Positions 9,904 through 22,590 of a stretch of DNA of 64,000 nt are shown here, piece after piece. Position numbers and translations under genes: made by a program. This DNA comes from Candidatus Eiseniibacteriota bacterium (GTDB lineage: Bacteria; Eisenbacteria; RBG-16-71-46; SZUA-252), in the NCBI GenBank assembly GCA_963703225.1, contig OY969801.1, positions 1,056,001 to 1,120,000 on the forward strand, in the 5' to 3' direction. Under the pieces are notes generated by a model. That model was not told where the DNA came from. It made no database searches and saw nothing but the letters and a program-made list of their open reading frames with translations. Every line of letters starts with the position of its first letter. Positions within the stretch are counted from its first letter, which is position 1.

Positions 9904-11259
9904 ATGCGTGCGAACGTTCTGCTGAAGGCGATGGTCGTGGGTGTCCTGGCGCTAGCCTTTGTGGTGCCGCTGGTCATGATTTGGGGCGTGGTCAAGGATA
10001 GGTCCCGCTATCGCAACACCGTGACGGCCGAAGTCGCGAGGAGCACGGCCCAAAGTCAGACCCTCGTCGGTCCCCTCGTCGTCGTGCGCTATCGCGAGCG
10101 CATTCCGGGGACGGGGAAGGGTGATGTCGGACAGGTGAGGGAGGGCGCCGAGATCATCCTTCCGGAGTCGCTGTCGATCCGCTCCAAAGCCCATGTCGAG
10201 ACGCGGCAACGCGGAATCTACCGCGTGCCGGTCTTCCGGGCCACAACCGGGTTGGCCGCCGCGTTCACGTTGCCCCCGCGGCTCGGGATCTCGGACAAAC
10301 GTCAGTTGGTGGAGGAGCCCAGAGCGGAGATCGTGTTTGGAGTCTCCGATCCGCGCGGCATCCGCTCGGTGCCCGAGGCGAGGCTCCAGGGCGTGACCCT
10401 GGAGGCGCGGCCGGGGGCCGGCCTGGACTGGCTCAAGAATGGGTTCAGCGTGGCGCTTCCGCGAGATGCCGCTGGACGCCGCGTCTCGCTTGAAGTGAGC
10501 CTCGATCTGATGGGCACCGATCGTCTCATGTTCCTTCCGATCGGCGCCGTCACCGACGTCGAGCTATCGTCCGACTGGGCGCATCCCAGCTTCGTCGGCG
10601 CGTTCCTTCCGGACGAGCGCAACGTTTCCGCGCGAGGCTTTGAGGCGCGTTGGAAGTTATCGCGCTTCGCAACCGGGGTCGACGACGCGATGGCCCGGAT
10701 CCGGGACAGCATGAGTCGCGGCGTTCCCGTCGCTCCCGACCGGGGTGACGGGGCCCCCGGACTCTTCAACACCGACCTCGGTGTCCGCTTCGTTCAGCCG
10801 GTGGACGTGTATACGCAGTCCGAGCGCGCCGTGAAGTACGGCTTCCTGTTCGTGTTCTTGACCTTCGTGGCATTCTTCTTGTTCGAGGTACTACGCCGGA
10901 TGGCGATCCATCCGATCCAGTATGTCCTGTGCGGCGCCGCGCTCGCTCTGTTCTTCCTGTTGCTCGTCTCGCTCTCGGAGCACTTGCCATTCGCAGCCGC
11001 CTACCTGGTGGCAAGCGTCGCGTGCGTCGGGCTCATCGCCTTCTATGTCGGGCACGTTCTACGAAGCACCGCACGGGGGCTCGCGTTCGGCGGGCTGGTC
11101 GGGGCGATGTATGGCTTCCTCTACGTCATCCTTCAATCGGAGGACTACGCTTTGCTGCTGGGCACCCTTCTCCTGTTCGCGGTCCTGGCGATCGTGATGG
11201 TCATGACGCGTCACGTCGACTGGTATCGCCTCTCGGAGGAGACACCGACCAAACGCTGA
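9904..11259 (+). CDS. creD: Cell envelope integrity inner membrane protein CreD
   Basis: RGIY, SDWAHPSFVG, ERAVKYG, IHPIQY, LSLSEH and EDYALL motifs. Confidence 0.92.
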   Translation: MRANVLLKAMVVGVLALAFVVPLVMIWGVVKDRSRYRNTVTAEVARSTAQSQTLVGPLVVVRYRERIPGTGKGDVGQVREGAEIILPESLSIRSKAHVETRQRGIYRVPVFRATTGLAAAFTLPPRLGISDKRQLVEEPRAEIVFGVSDPRGIRSVPEARLQGVTLEARPGAGLDWLKNGFSVALPRDAAGRRVSLEVSLDLMGTDRLMFLPIGAVTDVELSSDWAHPSFVGAFLPDERNVSARGFEARWKLSRFATGVDDAMARIRDSMSRGVPVAPDRGDGAPGLFNTDLGVRFVQPVDVYTQSERAVKYGFLFVFLTFVAFFLFEVLRRMAIHPIQYVLCGAALALFFLLLVSLSEHLPFAAAYLVASVACVGLIAFYVGHVLRSTARGLAFGGLVGAMYGFLYVILQSEDYALLLGTLLLFAVLAIVMVMTRHVDWYRLSEETPTKR

Positions 11260-11651
11260 TGTCTGGAGGGTACTGGGGATTTGAGACTGGGCCAGCCGCC
11301 CCGAGACGTCGTACAGGTTGAGCCGTGCCGATCCTTCCCCTACAACGTTCGGAATCGGAAACCCGCGCGCCGAAATTGTAGCATGGGGTGACGCTCGGGG
11401 TAGCCTCCAGCGACCCGGGCAGACAGTGATCATTTGAAGGGCGGATCACTCGTCGTCGCGAAGACCAAGAGCAGGAAGCTACGGCGCGCCCGCCGCGTAA
11501 ATCAGATCGTCGAGGTTCTGGCTGCCGTTGCCGGCCGGCTCCACGACGTGAATCCCGTTCCCGACCGCGGTCAAATGCACAACGCCCGCCGCCAGCGGCC
11601 ACCTGCGTCGCTGATGCCCTGGAGCACCGTGGCGCGTCAACGAAAAGCAAA

Positions 11652-11753
11652 GCGCCCTAGCGGGTTATCGCTCTCGGGGACGCAGCCCTTGGCACTCTAT
11701 GAGCCCCTTTGGAACCCCCGAAGCCCTTCAAACCGGGAATACCGGGGACGCCG
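11652..11753 (+). repeat. Decayed junction-arm relic
   Basis: Hairpin-like gcgccctagcgggttatcgctctcggggacgc; ttcaaaccgggaataccggggacgccg resembles 46321-46348. Confidence 0.55.
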
Positions 11754-11809
11754 AGACCGTTCCTTCCGGCTTGAGCACCGGAGCAAGAAGTTGCATTGTG
11801 GCTCCTGCT

Positions 11810-14110
<2,301 letters not shown>

Positions 14111-14160
14111 GTTTGATGCTGTCTTGCAGCCCACACGGGCCCTCGAGCGTCCATGCCCGC

Positions 14161-14215
14161 GCATTGGGTGGGGCGCTTATGCTAACTTACAGCGGTCCGT
14201 ATACTTGGGCCCACA
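14161..14215 (+). repeat. Decayed junction relic (promoter + TTGGGCC)
   Basis: gcattggg..tgctaacttac..ttgggcc resembles 37062-37112. Confidence 0.65.
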
Positions 14216-14231
14216 AACGCGAGGAGATCCG

Positions 14232-14798
14232 ATGACCACGCCGAACACGGCGGAGATCCGCGAGGCGAGCCGGAGGCTCTCGGCGGCCGATCACGCGGGA
14301 ACGATCCGCTCGTTCTTCCCTTTTTGGGACGCGCAGTACCGCCCCTACCTCCTGCTCGCGCTCGATGCGCTGCCGCACGAACGCTTCGACTTCAAGCCGC
14401 GTCCCGAGATGTTCACCGCTCATCAGATAATGGTGCACATCGCCGAGAATGAGTGGGGTTTTGTTCACAACATTGTGGACGGCGGGATGGACGGGAAGTG
14501 GGGGCACTGGTTAGTCGAACACGAAGACCCATCGCAGGGTTGGAAGACCGTGCGCGACGCGCCCGATCATGCGGCGCTTCGGGACCTGCTCGAGGAGTCG
14601 CACCGACACACCCAGCGCTGGTTCGCTCGGCCGGCCGCCGAGCTGGGGCGCGTGTTCCGCTGGGCCGGTGACGGCGGAATGGAGCGCAAGGCCACGCTGC
14701 ACTGGATCCTCGACGGTGTACAGGAGCACGAAATCCACCACCGCGCCCAACTCAACACGTACTTGCGGCTCATGGGGGTCACGCCACCGTCGGTGTGA
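14232..14798 (+). CDS. DinB family protein
   Basis: HIAENE and HEIHHRAQLNTYLR; GAGGAG RBS. Confidence 0.85.
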   Translation: MTTPNTAEIREASRRLSAADHAGTIRSFFPFWDAQYRPYLLLALDALPHERFDFKPRPEMFTAHQIMVHIAENEWGFVHNIVDGGMDGKWGHWLVEHEDPSQGWKTVRDAPDHAALRDLLEESHRHTQRWFARPAAELGRVFRWAGDGGMERKATLHWILDGVQEHEIHHRAQLNTYLRLMGVTPPSV

Positions 14799-14940
14799 TG
14801 GGATTGGGCTCAACTAGAGTTGAACAGAAATACCCTCGTTCCTATTGGCCCATGACCAGGGACTGGGTTCGCCAGACGACCTCCACGCGGCGCTCCTCTG
14901 CGATGTTGACAAAAGAGCTCTCTGTCCTATGCTTCGGAAC

Positions 14941-15381
14941 ATGACGATTCGACGGATGGACAACGTTGGCATTGTTGTCGACGACCTGGCGACTGTTATC
15001 GCATTCTTTACCGAACTTGGTCTGGAACTGGAAGGCGAGATGACAGTCGAGGGACAATGGGTGGACCGCATCGTAGGGCTCGACGGTGTCCGAAACGACA
15101 TCGCAATGATGCGGACCCCGGACGGCCACAGCCGGCTTGAGCTGATCAAGTTTCACACGCCGACGGCGGCCAGCGCTGAGCCAAAGAACGCACCGGTGAA
15201 CACGCTGGGCATCCGTCGCATCATGTTCGCCGTCGAAGACATCAAGGACGTCCTTGCCCGCCTGCAGGCGCACGGCGCCGAACTCGTCGGCGAGGTGGTG
15301 CAGTACGAGGACCAATACCTGCTCTGCTACCTCCGGGGCCCTGAGGGCATCATTATCGCGCTGGCCGAGCAGCTCAGCTGA
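14941..15381 (+). CDS. VOC/glyoxalase family protein
   Basis: RMDNVGIVV..RLELIKF..LCYLRGPEG. Confidence 0.9.
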   Translation: MTIRRMDNVGIVVDDLATVIAFFTELGLELEGEMTVEGQWVDRIVGLDGVRNDIAMMRTPDGHSRLELIKFHTPTAASAEPKNAPVNTLGIRRIMFAVEDIKDVLARLQAHGAELVGEVVQYEDQYLLCYLRGPEGIIIALAEQLS

Positions 15382-15444
15382 AGCGTTCGACCTACTAGCG
15401 TAGATCCGCTGTCGAGCGTTTCATTGGCCGAGTCCGCAAGTACT

Positions 15445-15478
15445 GTTAGCTCGGTCGGCAGAGCACCTGCCTTTTAAG
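15445..15478 (+). repeat. Truncated 5'-half tRNA-Lys junction (degenerate)
   Basis: gttagctcggtcggcagagcacctgccttttaag: one mismatch, lacks the first 5 nt. Confidence 0.9.
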
Positions 15479-15494
15479 ATCCTACGGTGTCATC

Positions 15495-15893
15495 ATGGCC
15501 GTCCTGGACCTGGTTCCCCTCGTCGGGGCGACGCTCGGCGCGGTCCTCGTCGGGCTGGTGGCTCTTACCAAGGGCCTCGCGGTCACCGCGATCGTGCTCG
15601 CCGCGCTGGCGATCTACCAGCAGATCGAGAACAACCTGCTCCTGCAAATCGTCTACAGCCGGACCGTGAGGCTTTCGCCTCTCGCCATCGCGGTGAGCGT
15701 CGCGGCGGGCGCCCAGATCGGCGGCATCGTGGGAGCGTTGCTGGGGATTCCGATCGCCAGCGCTCTCAAGATCGTCGCGCGCGAGCTGCTGGCCTGGCGT
15801 CGAGGCGAGCCGCCCCCCGAAGACTCGGAGCCGCCCAGGAAGCCTTGGCTGCGGCGATGGCTGGAGCGTAGGTCCAGTGCCGCGTCCGGCTGA
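15495..15893 (+). pseudogene. C-terminal fragment of an AI-2E family transporter
   Basis: YQQIENN..GGIVGALLGIP; N-terminal two thirds absent; begins just after the junction. Confidence 0.8.
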
Positions 15894-15927
15894 CGCCGGC
15901 GCGGCACAGCCCCAGGAGGTGATTCGA

Positions 15928-16305
15928 ATGCCGATCACGTTCTCAGTGGATCACGAGGGAAAACGGGTGATGGCGGTCGCGGCCGGACCGATCACGATGG
16001 ACGATATCCGGGACCACCTGTCTAGTGAGCGAGGGGAGGGGGGATTGGCCTACGGCGAGCTCATCGACGCATCGAAGGCCTCGCCGGCCCTCAGCACCGC
16101 CGATGCTCGCGCAACCGTCAACATTCTCAAGGACCTCGGTCGTGACGGTGCGCTCGGACCCACGGCCATCATCGTCCCCAATGACGTGAGCTACGGCCTC
16201 GTGCGCATGGTGGAGATCCTGCTCGAAGGCGTCGCGGATGTCCGCCCGTTCCGAACCAATGAAATCGCGGACGCGAAGGAGTGGCTGGAGAAGACCGGAG
16301 CCTGA
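15928..16305 (+). CDS. Hypothetical STAS/SpoIIAA-like protein
   Basis: AGGAGG RBS; C-terminal AKEWL. Confidence 0.7.
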   Translation: MPITFSVDHEGKRVMAVAAGPITMDDIRDHLSSERGEGGLAYGELIDASKASPALSTADARATVNILKDLGRDGALGPTAIIVPNDVSYGLVRMVEILLEGVADVRPFRTNEIADAKEWLEKTGA

Positions 16306-16333
16306 AGGTCTTCATTCGCTCCGCGCCTGAGCT

Positions 16334-17560
16334 ATGAGCGGGATCGTGTCGGCCGAATGCTGTGTGGTGGGAGGAGGCCCGGCCGGAATGGTGCTGGGGC
16401 TTCTCCTGGCGCGCGCCGGCCTCGAGACGATTGTCCTCGAGAAGCACGCGGATTTCCTGCGGGACTTCCGAGGCGACACGGTGCACCCGTCCACGCTCGA
16501 GGTGATGTACGAGCTGGGGCTCCTGGATCGACTCCTCAGGCTGCCGCACAGCCGGCTGGACGAACTCACCGCGCGCTTCGGCGACGCCGACTTCACGATC
16601 TTGAACTTCAGGCGCCTCCCGACGCACTGCCGTTTCCTCGTGATCATGCCCCAGTGGGACTTCCTGAACTTCATCGCGAAGGAGTCCCTGAGGTATCCCA
16701 CGTACCAGCTCCGGATGCGGACCGAGGTGACGGGTCTCATCGAGGAGGGGGGAACGATCGTGGGCGTGCGGGCCGAGGGCCCGGACGGCGGCCAGGAGGT
16801 TCGCGCCTCTCTTGTGGTCGGTGCGAACGGAAGGCAGTCCGCGTTGCCGGCGCAAGCCGGGCTCACGGTTCAGGAGATGGGCGTTCCCATGGACGTGTTC
16901 TGGTTCCGCCTCTCCCGTCTTCCGGAGGACGGAACCCAGCCGGCCGGCCGGTTCGTGCAGGGGCGCATCCTCATCCTCATCCCGCGCGAGGGGCACTGGC
17001 AGGTGGGCTACGTGATTCCGAAAGGCACGGCGGACCAGGTACGGAGCGCGGGCCTGGACGCATTCCGCGAGACGATCGCCCTGCTTGCCCCCTTCGCCCA
17101 CGCGCGCATCCGGGAAGTGACGGACTGGGATCAGGTGAAGCTTCTCACCGTGCGGATCAACCGGCTCGACCGGTGGTGCCGCCCCGGACTCCTGTTCCTT
17201 GGTGACGCGGCTCACGCGATGTCCCCTGTGGGCGGCGTGGGAATCAACCTCGCCATACAGGACGCTGTCGCGGCGGCGAACGCCGTGGCCGGGCCCCTTC
17301 GCGAAGGCCGCCTCACAATGTGGGAACTCCAGCGGGTGGAGCGCCGGCGCGCTCTGCCCACTCGCGTGACCCAGAGGTTGCAGATGACGCTGCAGGAGGC
17401 AGTGATCCGGCCGCAGCTCGCCGGGCGGAACGCGAAGGGACACATCCCGCTCGGAGTCCGGGTGCTCCGCGCGTTCCCGCTTCTTAGGCACGTACTCGCC
17501 TACCTCATTGGCGTGGGTTTCCGCATGGAGCACGTGCGGACGCCGGCGAAGCACGGATAG
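16334..17560 (+). CDS. FAD-dependent oxidoreductase/monooxygenase
   Basis: GGGPAG, RDFRGD, GDAAHAMSPVGGVGINLAIQD. Confidence 0.92.
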   Translation: MSGIVSAECCVVGGGPAGMVLGLLLARAGLETIVLEKHADFLRDFRGDTVHPSTLEVMYELGLLDRLLRLPHSRLDELTARFGDADFTILNFRRLPTHCRFLVIMPQWDFLNFIAKESLRYPTYQLRMRTEVTGLIEEGGTIVGVRAEGPDGGQEVRASLVVGANGRQSALPAQAGLTVQEMGVPMDVFWFRLSRLPEDGTQPAGRFVQGRILILIPREGHWQVGYVIPKGTADQVRSAGLDAFRETIALLAPFAHARIREVTDWDQVKLLTVRINRLDRWCRPGLLFLGDAAHAMSPVGGVGINLAIQDAVAAANAVAGPLREGRLTMWELQRVERRRALPTRVTQRLQMTLQEAVIRPQLAGRNAKGHIPLGVRVLRAFPLLRHVLAYLIGVGFRMEHVRTPAKHG

Positions 17561-17606
17561 AACGGGGTATCTGTCCCGCTCGAGTGACGGGATGGGTCCG
17601 ATCCAA

Positions 17607-17656
17607 TCGCCGATTACTTTGGGGACACGACTCGCCGATTACTTTGGGGACACGAC
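17607..17656. repeat. 25-nt perfect tandem duplication
   Basis: tcgccgattactttggggacacgac x2, spanning the stop codon of the SDR gene. Confidence 0.95.
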
Positions 17657-18394
17657 CTGACCGAGCCAGTCCTCGAACTTCGTCTCCCCGAGCCTTGCGC
17701 CGCCGCGTGGAACGAGCGCGCGCTCGTTCAACCTCGCGCCGAAGTAGCGGGCGTCCGGGTCAGCGACGACTTCACGCGGATCGTCCTGCTCCCTAAGGGC
17801 CTGTCGAATGAACTCGTCGAAGCGAAATTGCTCGGGGCCCGCCACTTCGACAGTACCATTCAGTGGCTTGCCGACAGCGACCGTCGCAACCGCCCCGGCG
17901 ACATCGTCAGCCGACATGGGTTGGAAGAGCACAGGAGGCAAGCGCACGGTGTTCCCGTCGGTGGCGGCTGCGGCGATGCTCTTGATGAATTCAAAGAACT
18001 GCGTGGCGTGAACGATCGAGTAGGGGACTGACGAACCTTTGATCAGCTTCTCCTGGGCGCCCTTCGCGAGCAGGTAGCCGCTTTCGGACAAGCGTTCGGT
18101 TCCCACGACCGACAGGGCGACGTGGTGTCCTACGCCCGCTTCGGCCTCCGCGGCGAGGAGATTGCGGGTTGACGTCTCGAAGAAGGTGAGCGCGGCCGGG
18201 CCCTCAAGGGAGGGAGAATTTGACACGTCTACGACCACTGATGCTCCTCTCACTGCATCCGCGACGCCCTCTCCGGTGACGGTGTTGACGCCGGAGTTGG
18301 GCGCCGCCGCCAGCGCGTCGTGGCCTTGCTCGCGAAGCTTCGTGACGAGCTTGGATCCGACAAGTCCCGTGCCACCGATGACCACGATCTTCAT
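17639..18394 (-). CDS. SDR/NmrA-like NAD(P)-binding protein
   Basis: MKIVVIGGTGLVG Rossmann motif. Confidence 0.9.
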   Translation of the reverse strand: MKIVVIGGTGLVGSKLVTKLREQGHDALAAAPNSGVNTVTGEGVADAVRGASVVVDVSNSPSLEGPAALTFFETSTRNLLAAEAEAGVGHHVALSVVGTERLSESGYLLAKGAQEKLIKGSSVPYSIVHATQFFEFIKSIAAAATDGNTVRLPPVLFQPMSADDVAGAVATVAVGKPLNGTVEVAGPEQFRFDEFIRQALREQDDPREVVADPDARYFGARLNERALVPRGGARLGETKFEDWLGQVVSPK

Positions 18395-18423
18395 CGTGAA
18401 CCTCCGATCCCAGCGTGTACGGG

Positions 18424-19347
18424 TCAGATCCCGCGCGCTTGTCGCGCAGAGAGATCCGCCGCGAGGAAGCCGTTGACCTCTGGATATGGCGCGAGGTTGG
18501 CCAGACCTGAGAAGCTTCCATTCACCTTCAAGGTCTGAGCCGCACGCATGAAAGCTCCCCATCCCGCAAGGGCCAGCGCGCCGCCGACGCTGATGCGACG
18601 AACCCCGAGGGCCGCGATATCGGCGACCTTGAGCCCGATGTCGCCGACGACGAGAAGGTTGAGTGGTTTTGGGTGAACCGCTTCGACGAGAGCCTTGATA
18701 TCCTCGGGCTTCTGGGGGCCCGGCGCAAAGAGCACGTCGGCGCCCGCCTGCGCGTACGCCTGGAGACGGCGAATCGATTCGCGCAGGGGATCCGGATGGC
18801 CCACGAGGTAGCACTCAGCCCTTGCCGTCAGCAACACCCCGCCGCCGGATCGATCAATGGCCTCCCGCGCTGCCCGGACCCGCTCGACCGCAAGCGGCAG
18901 CTCGTACAGGGGAGTTGCCGCGTCCGCGGTGGCGTCCTCGACCGATAGCCCTGCAACTCCAGTCGCCACGCATCGAGCGACGCTCTCCGCCACGTCGGAC
19001 GGATCCTTCCCATAGCCCGAAGAGAAGTCGGCATTGACCGGCACTTCGACCGCGGCGGCAATGGCCGCGATGTTTGCCAGGCTCCGGTCTCGGGTCAGGG
19101 CGACATCGGTATCGGGCAGCCCCTGGGAAAACGCGAAGCCGGCGCTGGTCGTCGCTAGGGCAGGGAACCCCAGGTGCTGAAGATATCGCGCGGAGCCGAC
19201 ATCCCAAGGATTCGGAATAACGAAGCAACCCCGTTCGTGAAGGGCGCGGAATGCCTGCCGCCGTGCGTTGAACGCGGCACGCAGCTCCGGGCTGACTTCC
19301 GGATTGGCCATGGTCGGGGCCTCGCCGACCATCGTGTGTGTGGTCAT
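18424..19347 (-). CDS. Isocitrate lyase/PEP mutase family protein
   Basis: PNPWDVGSA, ATTSAG, PVNADF, SVED. Confidence 0.9.
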   Translation of the reverse strand: MTTHTMVGEAPTMANPEVSPELRAAFNARRQAFRALHERGCFVIPNPWDVGSARYLQHLGFPALATTSAGFAFSQGLPDTDVALTRDRSLANIAAIAAAVEVPVNADFSSGYGKDPSDVAESVARCVATGVAGLSVEDATADAATPLYELPLAVERVRAAREAIDRSGGGVLLTARAECYLVGHPDPLRESIRRLQAYAQAGADVLFAPGPQKPEDIKALVEAVHPKPLNLLVVGDIGLKVADIAALGVRRISVGGALALAGWGAFMRAAQTLKVNGSFSGLANLAPYPEVNGFLAADLSARQARGI

Positions 19348-19356
19348 ATTCCCCCC

Positions 19357-20040
19357 TTACTCCTCAAACGGTGCGTTCATGAGGAAGTCCACGGTGGACG
19401 GTGCTTTGTAGCCTGGAACGAAGCGCTCCCCGAAGTCGCGCGCAAAATTGTCGTATGTGGTCGCGGGCCGGGTTCTGATGATGGCGCATACCGAATCGGT
19501 GAACGACCTCTTCATGTCAAGGCGAGGAAATGCGGCGAGGACGCCCTTCATCTCGTCCGGCGGGATCTGGTCGTACTGGAGCCCGCCGAAGTCTAGAGCG
19601 ATCCCGGCCGTGCTGAGCGCGACCTCCGTCTCCTTGTAGAAGGCGATCGAGGGCGTGGAATTCAGCGCGACGGTATCCCAGACCAATTGCACGCGGCGGT
19701 CGTCGAGGCCTTGCTCTCGCCCGAATTTCCGAGCAGCGTCCGCTCCCTCGATCTCGAAGCGCCTCGGACCCGTGAAGTGTTCCGTGAGCCCGAGGTCGTG
19801 GAGGAGGGTGGCGACGGCGACCACCTCCGGGTCGTGCTGTATTCCCTGGAGCTGTCCGAGCCGGACCGCGAAGAGCCAGGATCGGACTGCATGGTTGAAA
19901 AGAGACGGTTCCGAGTGAGCCCGGGCAAATTCCATAGCCCGGCTGATGAGGGGTGTGTCGACCACGGTAATGCCGGCAAGGACTCGGGTCTCTCCGCCCG
20001 TTCGAGTCGGCGCCGCTGTTGACCCGGTTGGTGCGTTCAT
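19357..20040 (-). CDS. HD-domain protein (cyanamide hydratase-like)
   Basis: NHAVRSW, LLHDLGL, RFEIEGADAA. Confidence 0.85.
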   Translation of the reverse strand: MNAPTGSTAAPTRTGGETRVLAGITVVDTPLISRAMEFARAHSEPSLFNHAVRSWLFAVRLGQLQGIQHDPEVVAVATLLHDLGLTEHFTGPRRFEIEGADAARKFGREQGLDDRRVQLVWDTVALNSTPSIAFYKETEVALSTAGIALDFGGLQYDQIPPDEMKGVLAAFPRLDMKRSFTDSVCAIIRTRPATTYDNFARDFGERFVPGYKAPSTVDFLMNAPFEE

Positions 20041-20068
20041 GTCAATGGTCTCCTATAGCAAGCGCTCG

Positions 20069-20917
20069 TTATGCCTTGAGGAACGCGAGCAACTCGGCGT
20101 TGATCTGGTCTTGATGCGTGCCGGTGAGGCCGTGCGGCGCGCCCGGGTAGTAGACGTCCTTGGCGCCCTTGATGAGACGAGCCGACTTCCTGGCGGAGTC
20201 CTTCACCGGAACGATCTGGTCGTCCTCGCCGTGGAGCACCAGAGTGGGCACGTCGAACTTCTTGAGGTCCTCGGTGAAGTCGGTCTCGGAGAAGGCCTTG
20301 ATGCACTCGTAGGCGTTCTTGAGGCCGGACTGCATGCTCCAGGTCCAGAACTGGTCGAGCAGGCCTTGCGAGACCTTGGCGCCAGGCCGGTTGGCTCCGT
20401 AGAAGGGCACCGCGAACTCCTTGTAGAACTGAGAGCGGTCCTTGGCGAGGCCCGCGCGCAGCCCGTCGAACACCTCGATGGGCAACCCCTCGGGGTTGGC
20501 GGCGGTCTTCAGCATGAGCGGCGGCACCGCGGCGATGAGGACGGCCTTGGCGACCCGGCTCGTTCCGTGCCGGCCGATGTAGCGCGCGACTTCTCCGCCT
20601 CCGGTGGAGTGGCCCACCAGGGTGGCTTGCTTCAAATCGAGCGCCTCGATCACAGCCGCCAGATCGTCCGCGTAGGTGTCCATGTCATTGCCGGATGAGG
20701 CCTGGCTGGACCGGCCGTGGCCGCGGCGGTCGTGCGCGACCACGCGGTAGCCGTTCTGCGCGAGGAAGAGCATCTGCCCGTCCCAAGCGTCGGCGTTCAG
20801 CGGCCAACCGTGGGAGAAGGTCACGACAGGGCCCTTGCCCCAGTCCTTGTAATAGATCTGTGTGCCGTCCTTGGTCGTGATCGTGGTGGCGGTGCGTTCG
20901 GCAGTCATTGTGCTCAT
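20069..20917 (-). CDS. Non-heme chloroperoxidase-like alpha/beta hydrolase
   Basis: [36 protein letters not shown]. Confidence 0.92.
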   Translation of the reverse strand: MSTMTAERTATTITTKDGTQIYYKDWGKGPVVTFSHGWPLNADAWDGQMLFLAQNGYRVVAHDRRGHGRSSQASSGNDMDTYADDLAAVIEALDLKQATLVGHSTGGGEVARYIGRHGTSRVAKAVLIAAVPPLMLKTAANPEGLPIEVFDGLRAGLAKDRSQFYKEFAVPFYGANRPGAKVSQGLLDQFWTWSMQSGLKNAYECIKAFSETDFTEDLKKFDVPTLVLHGEDDQIVPVKDSARKSARLIKGAKDVYYPGAPHGLTGTHQDQINAELLAFLKA

Positions 20918-21292
20918 GGTCATCTCCTCCATGGTTATCGTTGCAAGAGACAGAGGCATTCGCCCGCTGAGTCATCGCAACAACCCTTGCTGCGCGCGTA
21001 CACACCATCCCGTGCGGCATGCGGAGGCGCGCGACGTTCGTCAATGTGCTGGGGCAATGAATATTGTAGCGGTCAGCTTCCATCGAGGGACCCGTTTCGG
21101 AGGACGTCGGCGACTTGGGAATTCTAGTCTGTTCGGGTTCTCGTGTCACTTGGGCAAGGTAGGGAAGCCGGACTTCAGGGCGGGCTCCCGCGCCTGCAGG
21201 GAAGGGGGACGACACGGGTGAACGGCAAAGAGTTCTCGACCTGCTGGATACTGGTGGTGCACGCCGCGAACTGGAACGAGCTGGCAGGAGCT

Positions 21293-21340
21293 CGCGGAGC
21301 ACAATTCAGTACGCCCCAGAGGGTTGAGCCTTCTGGGGCG
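21293..21340 (+). repeat. Decayed junction-arm relic
   Basis: cgcggagcacaat..cgccccagagg..ctggggcg matches 42766-42813. Confidence 0.75.
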
Positions 21341-22015
21341 CTCCCGTGGATTTGTAACATCCGCGCCAAACGGGGCCTGTTACACCCCCCGTCCTCGCTG
21401 GCGGCGGACGGACGTCCCGTGGTCAAGCCTCTCTCCAGGGTGGGCGACAACAACTTCGCGGTGTTCGGGATGATCAGCGTGCGTACCTCGCAGGAAAGTG
21501 TCCTGGTGCTAGGCGCGTCTCGAGAAAACATGTTATGTTACGCGCCATAAGTTGGGGCGTCTTGTGCCCCACGGACCCTTCCGCGCAGCCAACCCACCCG
21601 CCTCGACATGATGGCCATTGACCGCGGCATTTATCCGGTGCGAGCATTGCTGCGTCGTCCGTGGGGGACGTAGCCCCCGAGTTCAGGACCGATCGGATCG
21701 GTGAGATTCCGCCGGACATCCCGCCAGCCACTACCATGACGATTAGCCTCGGCAACGTGTCCGAGTTCGGGACCGGCGCACTCGGAACTCAGATCCAGGA
21801 TCAGACCGCGTATTCGGGCTTCGGAGTCACCGCCGACGACATCAGCGCCGCGACCATCACCGATCCAACCATCACCTTCGTACCCCGGCCTTGCTCCGGT
21901 CCCTTCCCAGAACCGACACCATTGGATCGATGCTCCACCTCGAGCCGGCAGTGGGAGCGCAGCATCGAAACGTGCGGGTGGGGTGCGGTCGCGCTCCAGC
22001 CGGAAAGGAGGAGTC

Positions 22016-22279
22016 ATGAACCACGGACCGTTTTATCGCTCGGCCGACCTCGTTGCGGCCGTCCATCGAGCCGAGGGCGGGATCTTTGCCAGTTTTCGCG
22101 CCGCGCATGCGTTCGGCCGTTTCTACGCGGGCAGATTCACAGCGACCCCTGCGGCGAAGACGCTCTCTCGAGCGGCACACTTCCAGGGTACCCCTGTGCC
22201 GGTGAGCGTGCGGTTCTCGGGCGCCGCCGGCGATCCCGGGAAGACGCCCTCATCCGACCGCGCTGTCGGAAGAGGCTGA
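22016..22279 (+). pseudogene. N-terminal fragment of a catalase-related peroxidase
   Basis: AGGAGG RBS; FRAAHAFG..GRFTATP..VSVRFS; stops early. Confidence 0.65.
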
Positions 22280-22283
22280 CGAA

Positions 22284-22566
22284 GTGCCGCGCGGCGCCTA
22301 CTTCCTGTTCATCAGCGCGAAGGCAATGGCCACGATCGAGTTTCTGCAACAAGAGTGGGTCAACGACGGCGATTTCATTGGGATGAGCGGAGAGCGTGAC
22401 CCGCTTATCGGTTTGCAGGAGGAAGGGGCGACGTTCACGATTCCAAGGGAGCCGGTGAGGCAGCGCGTCCACGGCATTGAAACGTTCAACGTGCTTCGGG
22501 GGGGGAGTACTTCTTCATGCCGAGTTTGTCTGCTTTGAAGTGGTTGGGTGAGCTCGGACCGTAGTA
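22284..22566 (+). pseudogene. C-terminal fragment of a Dyp-type peroxidase
   Basis: IEFLQQEWVNDGDF..ERDPLIG..FNVLRGG, then EYFFMPSL in a shifted frame. Confidence 0.7.
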
Positions 22567-22590
22567 ATTCCACCAACGGGGGGAGTGTCC

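Noticed and set aside
21531..21560. TGTTATGTTAC..TTGGGGCGT as another promoter/tRNA relic
   Set aside because: Fits TGnTAnnnT but is too short and degenerate to distinguish from chance.
21661..22386. 241-aa ORF as a real gene
   Set aside because: Only the first ~75 codons look protein-like and the rest overlaps the catalase fragment; probably a remnant.
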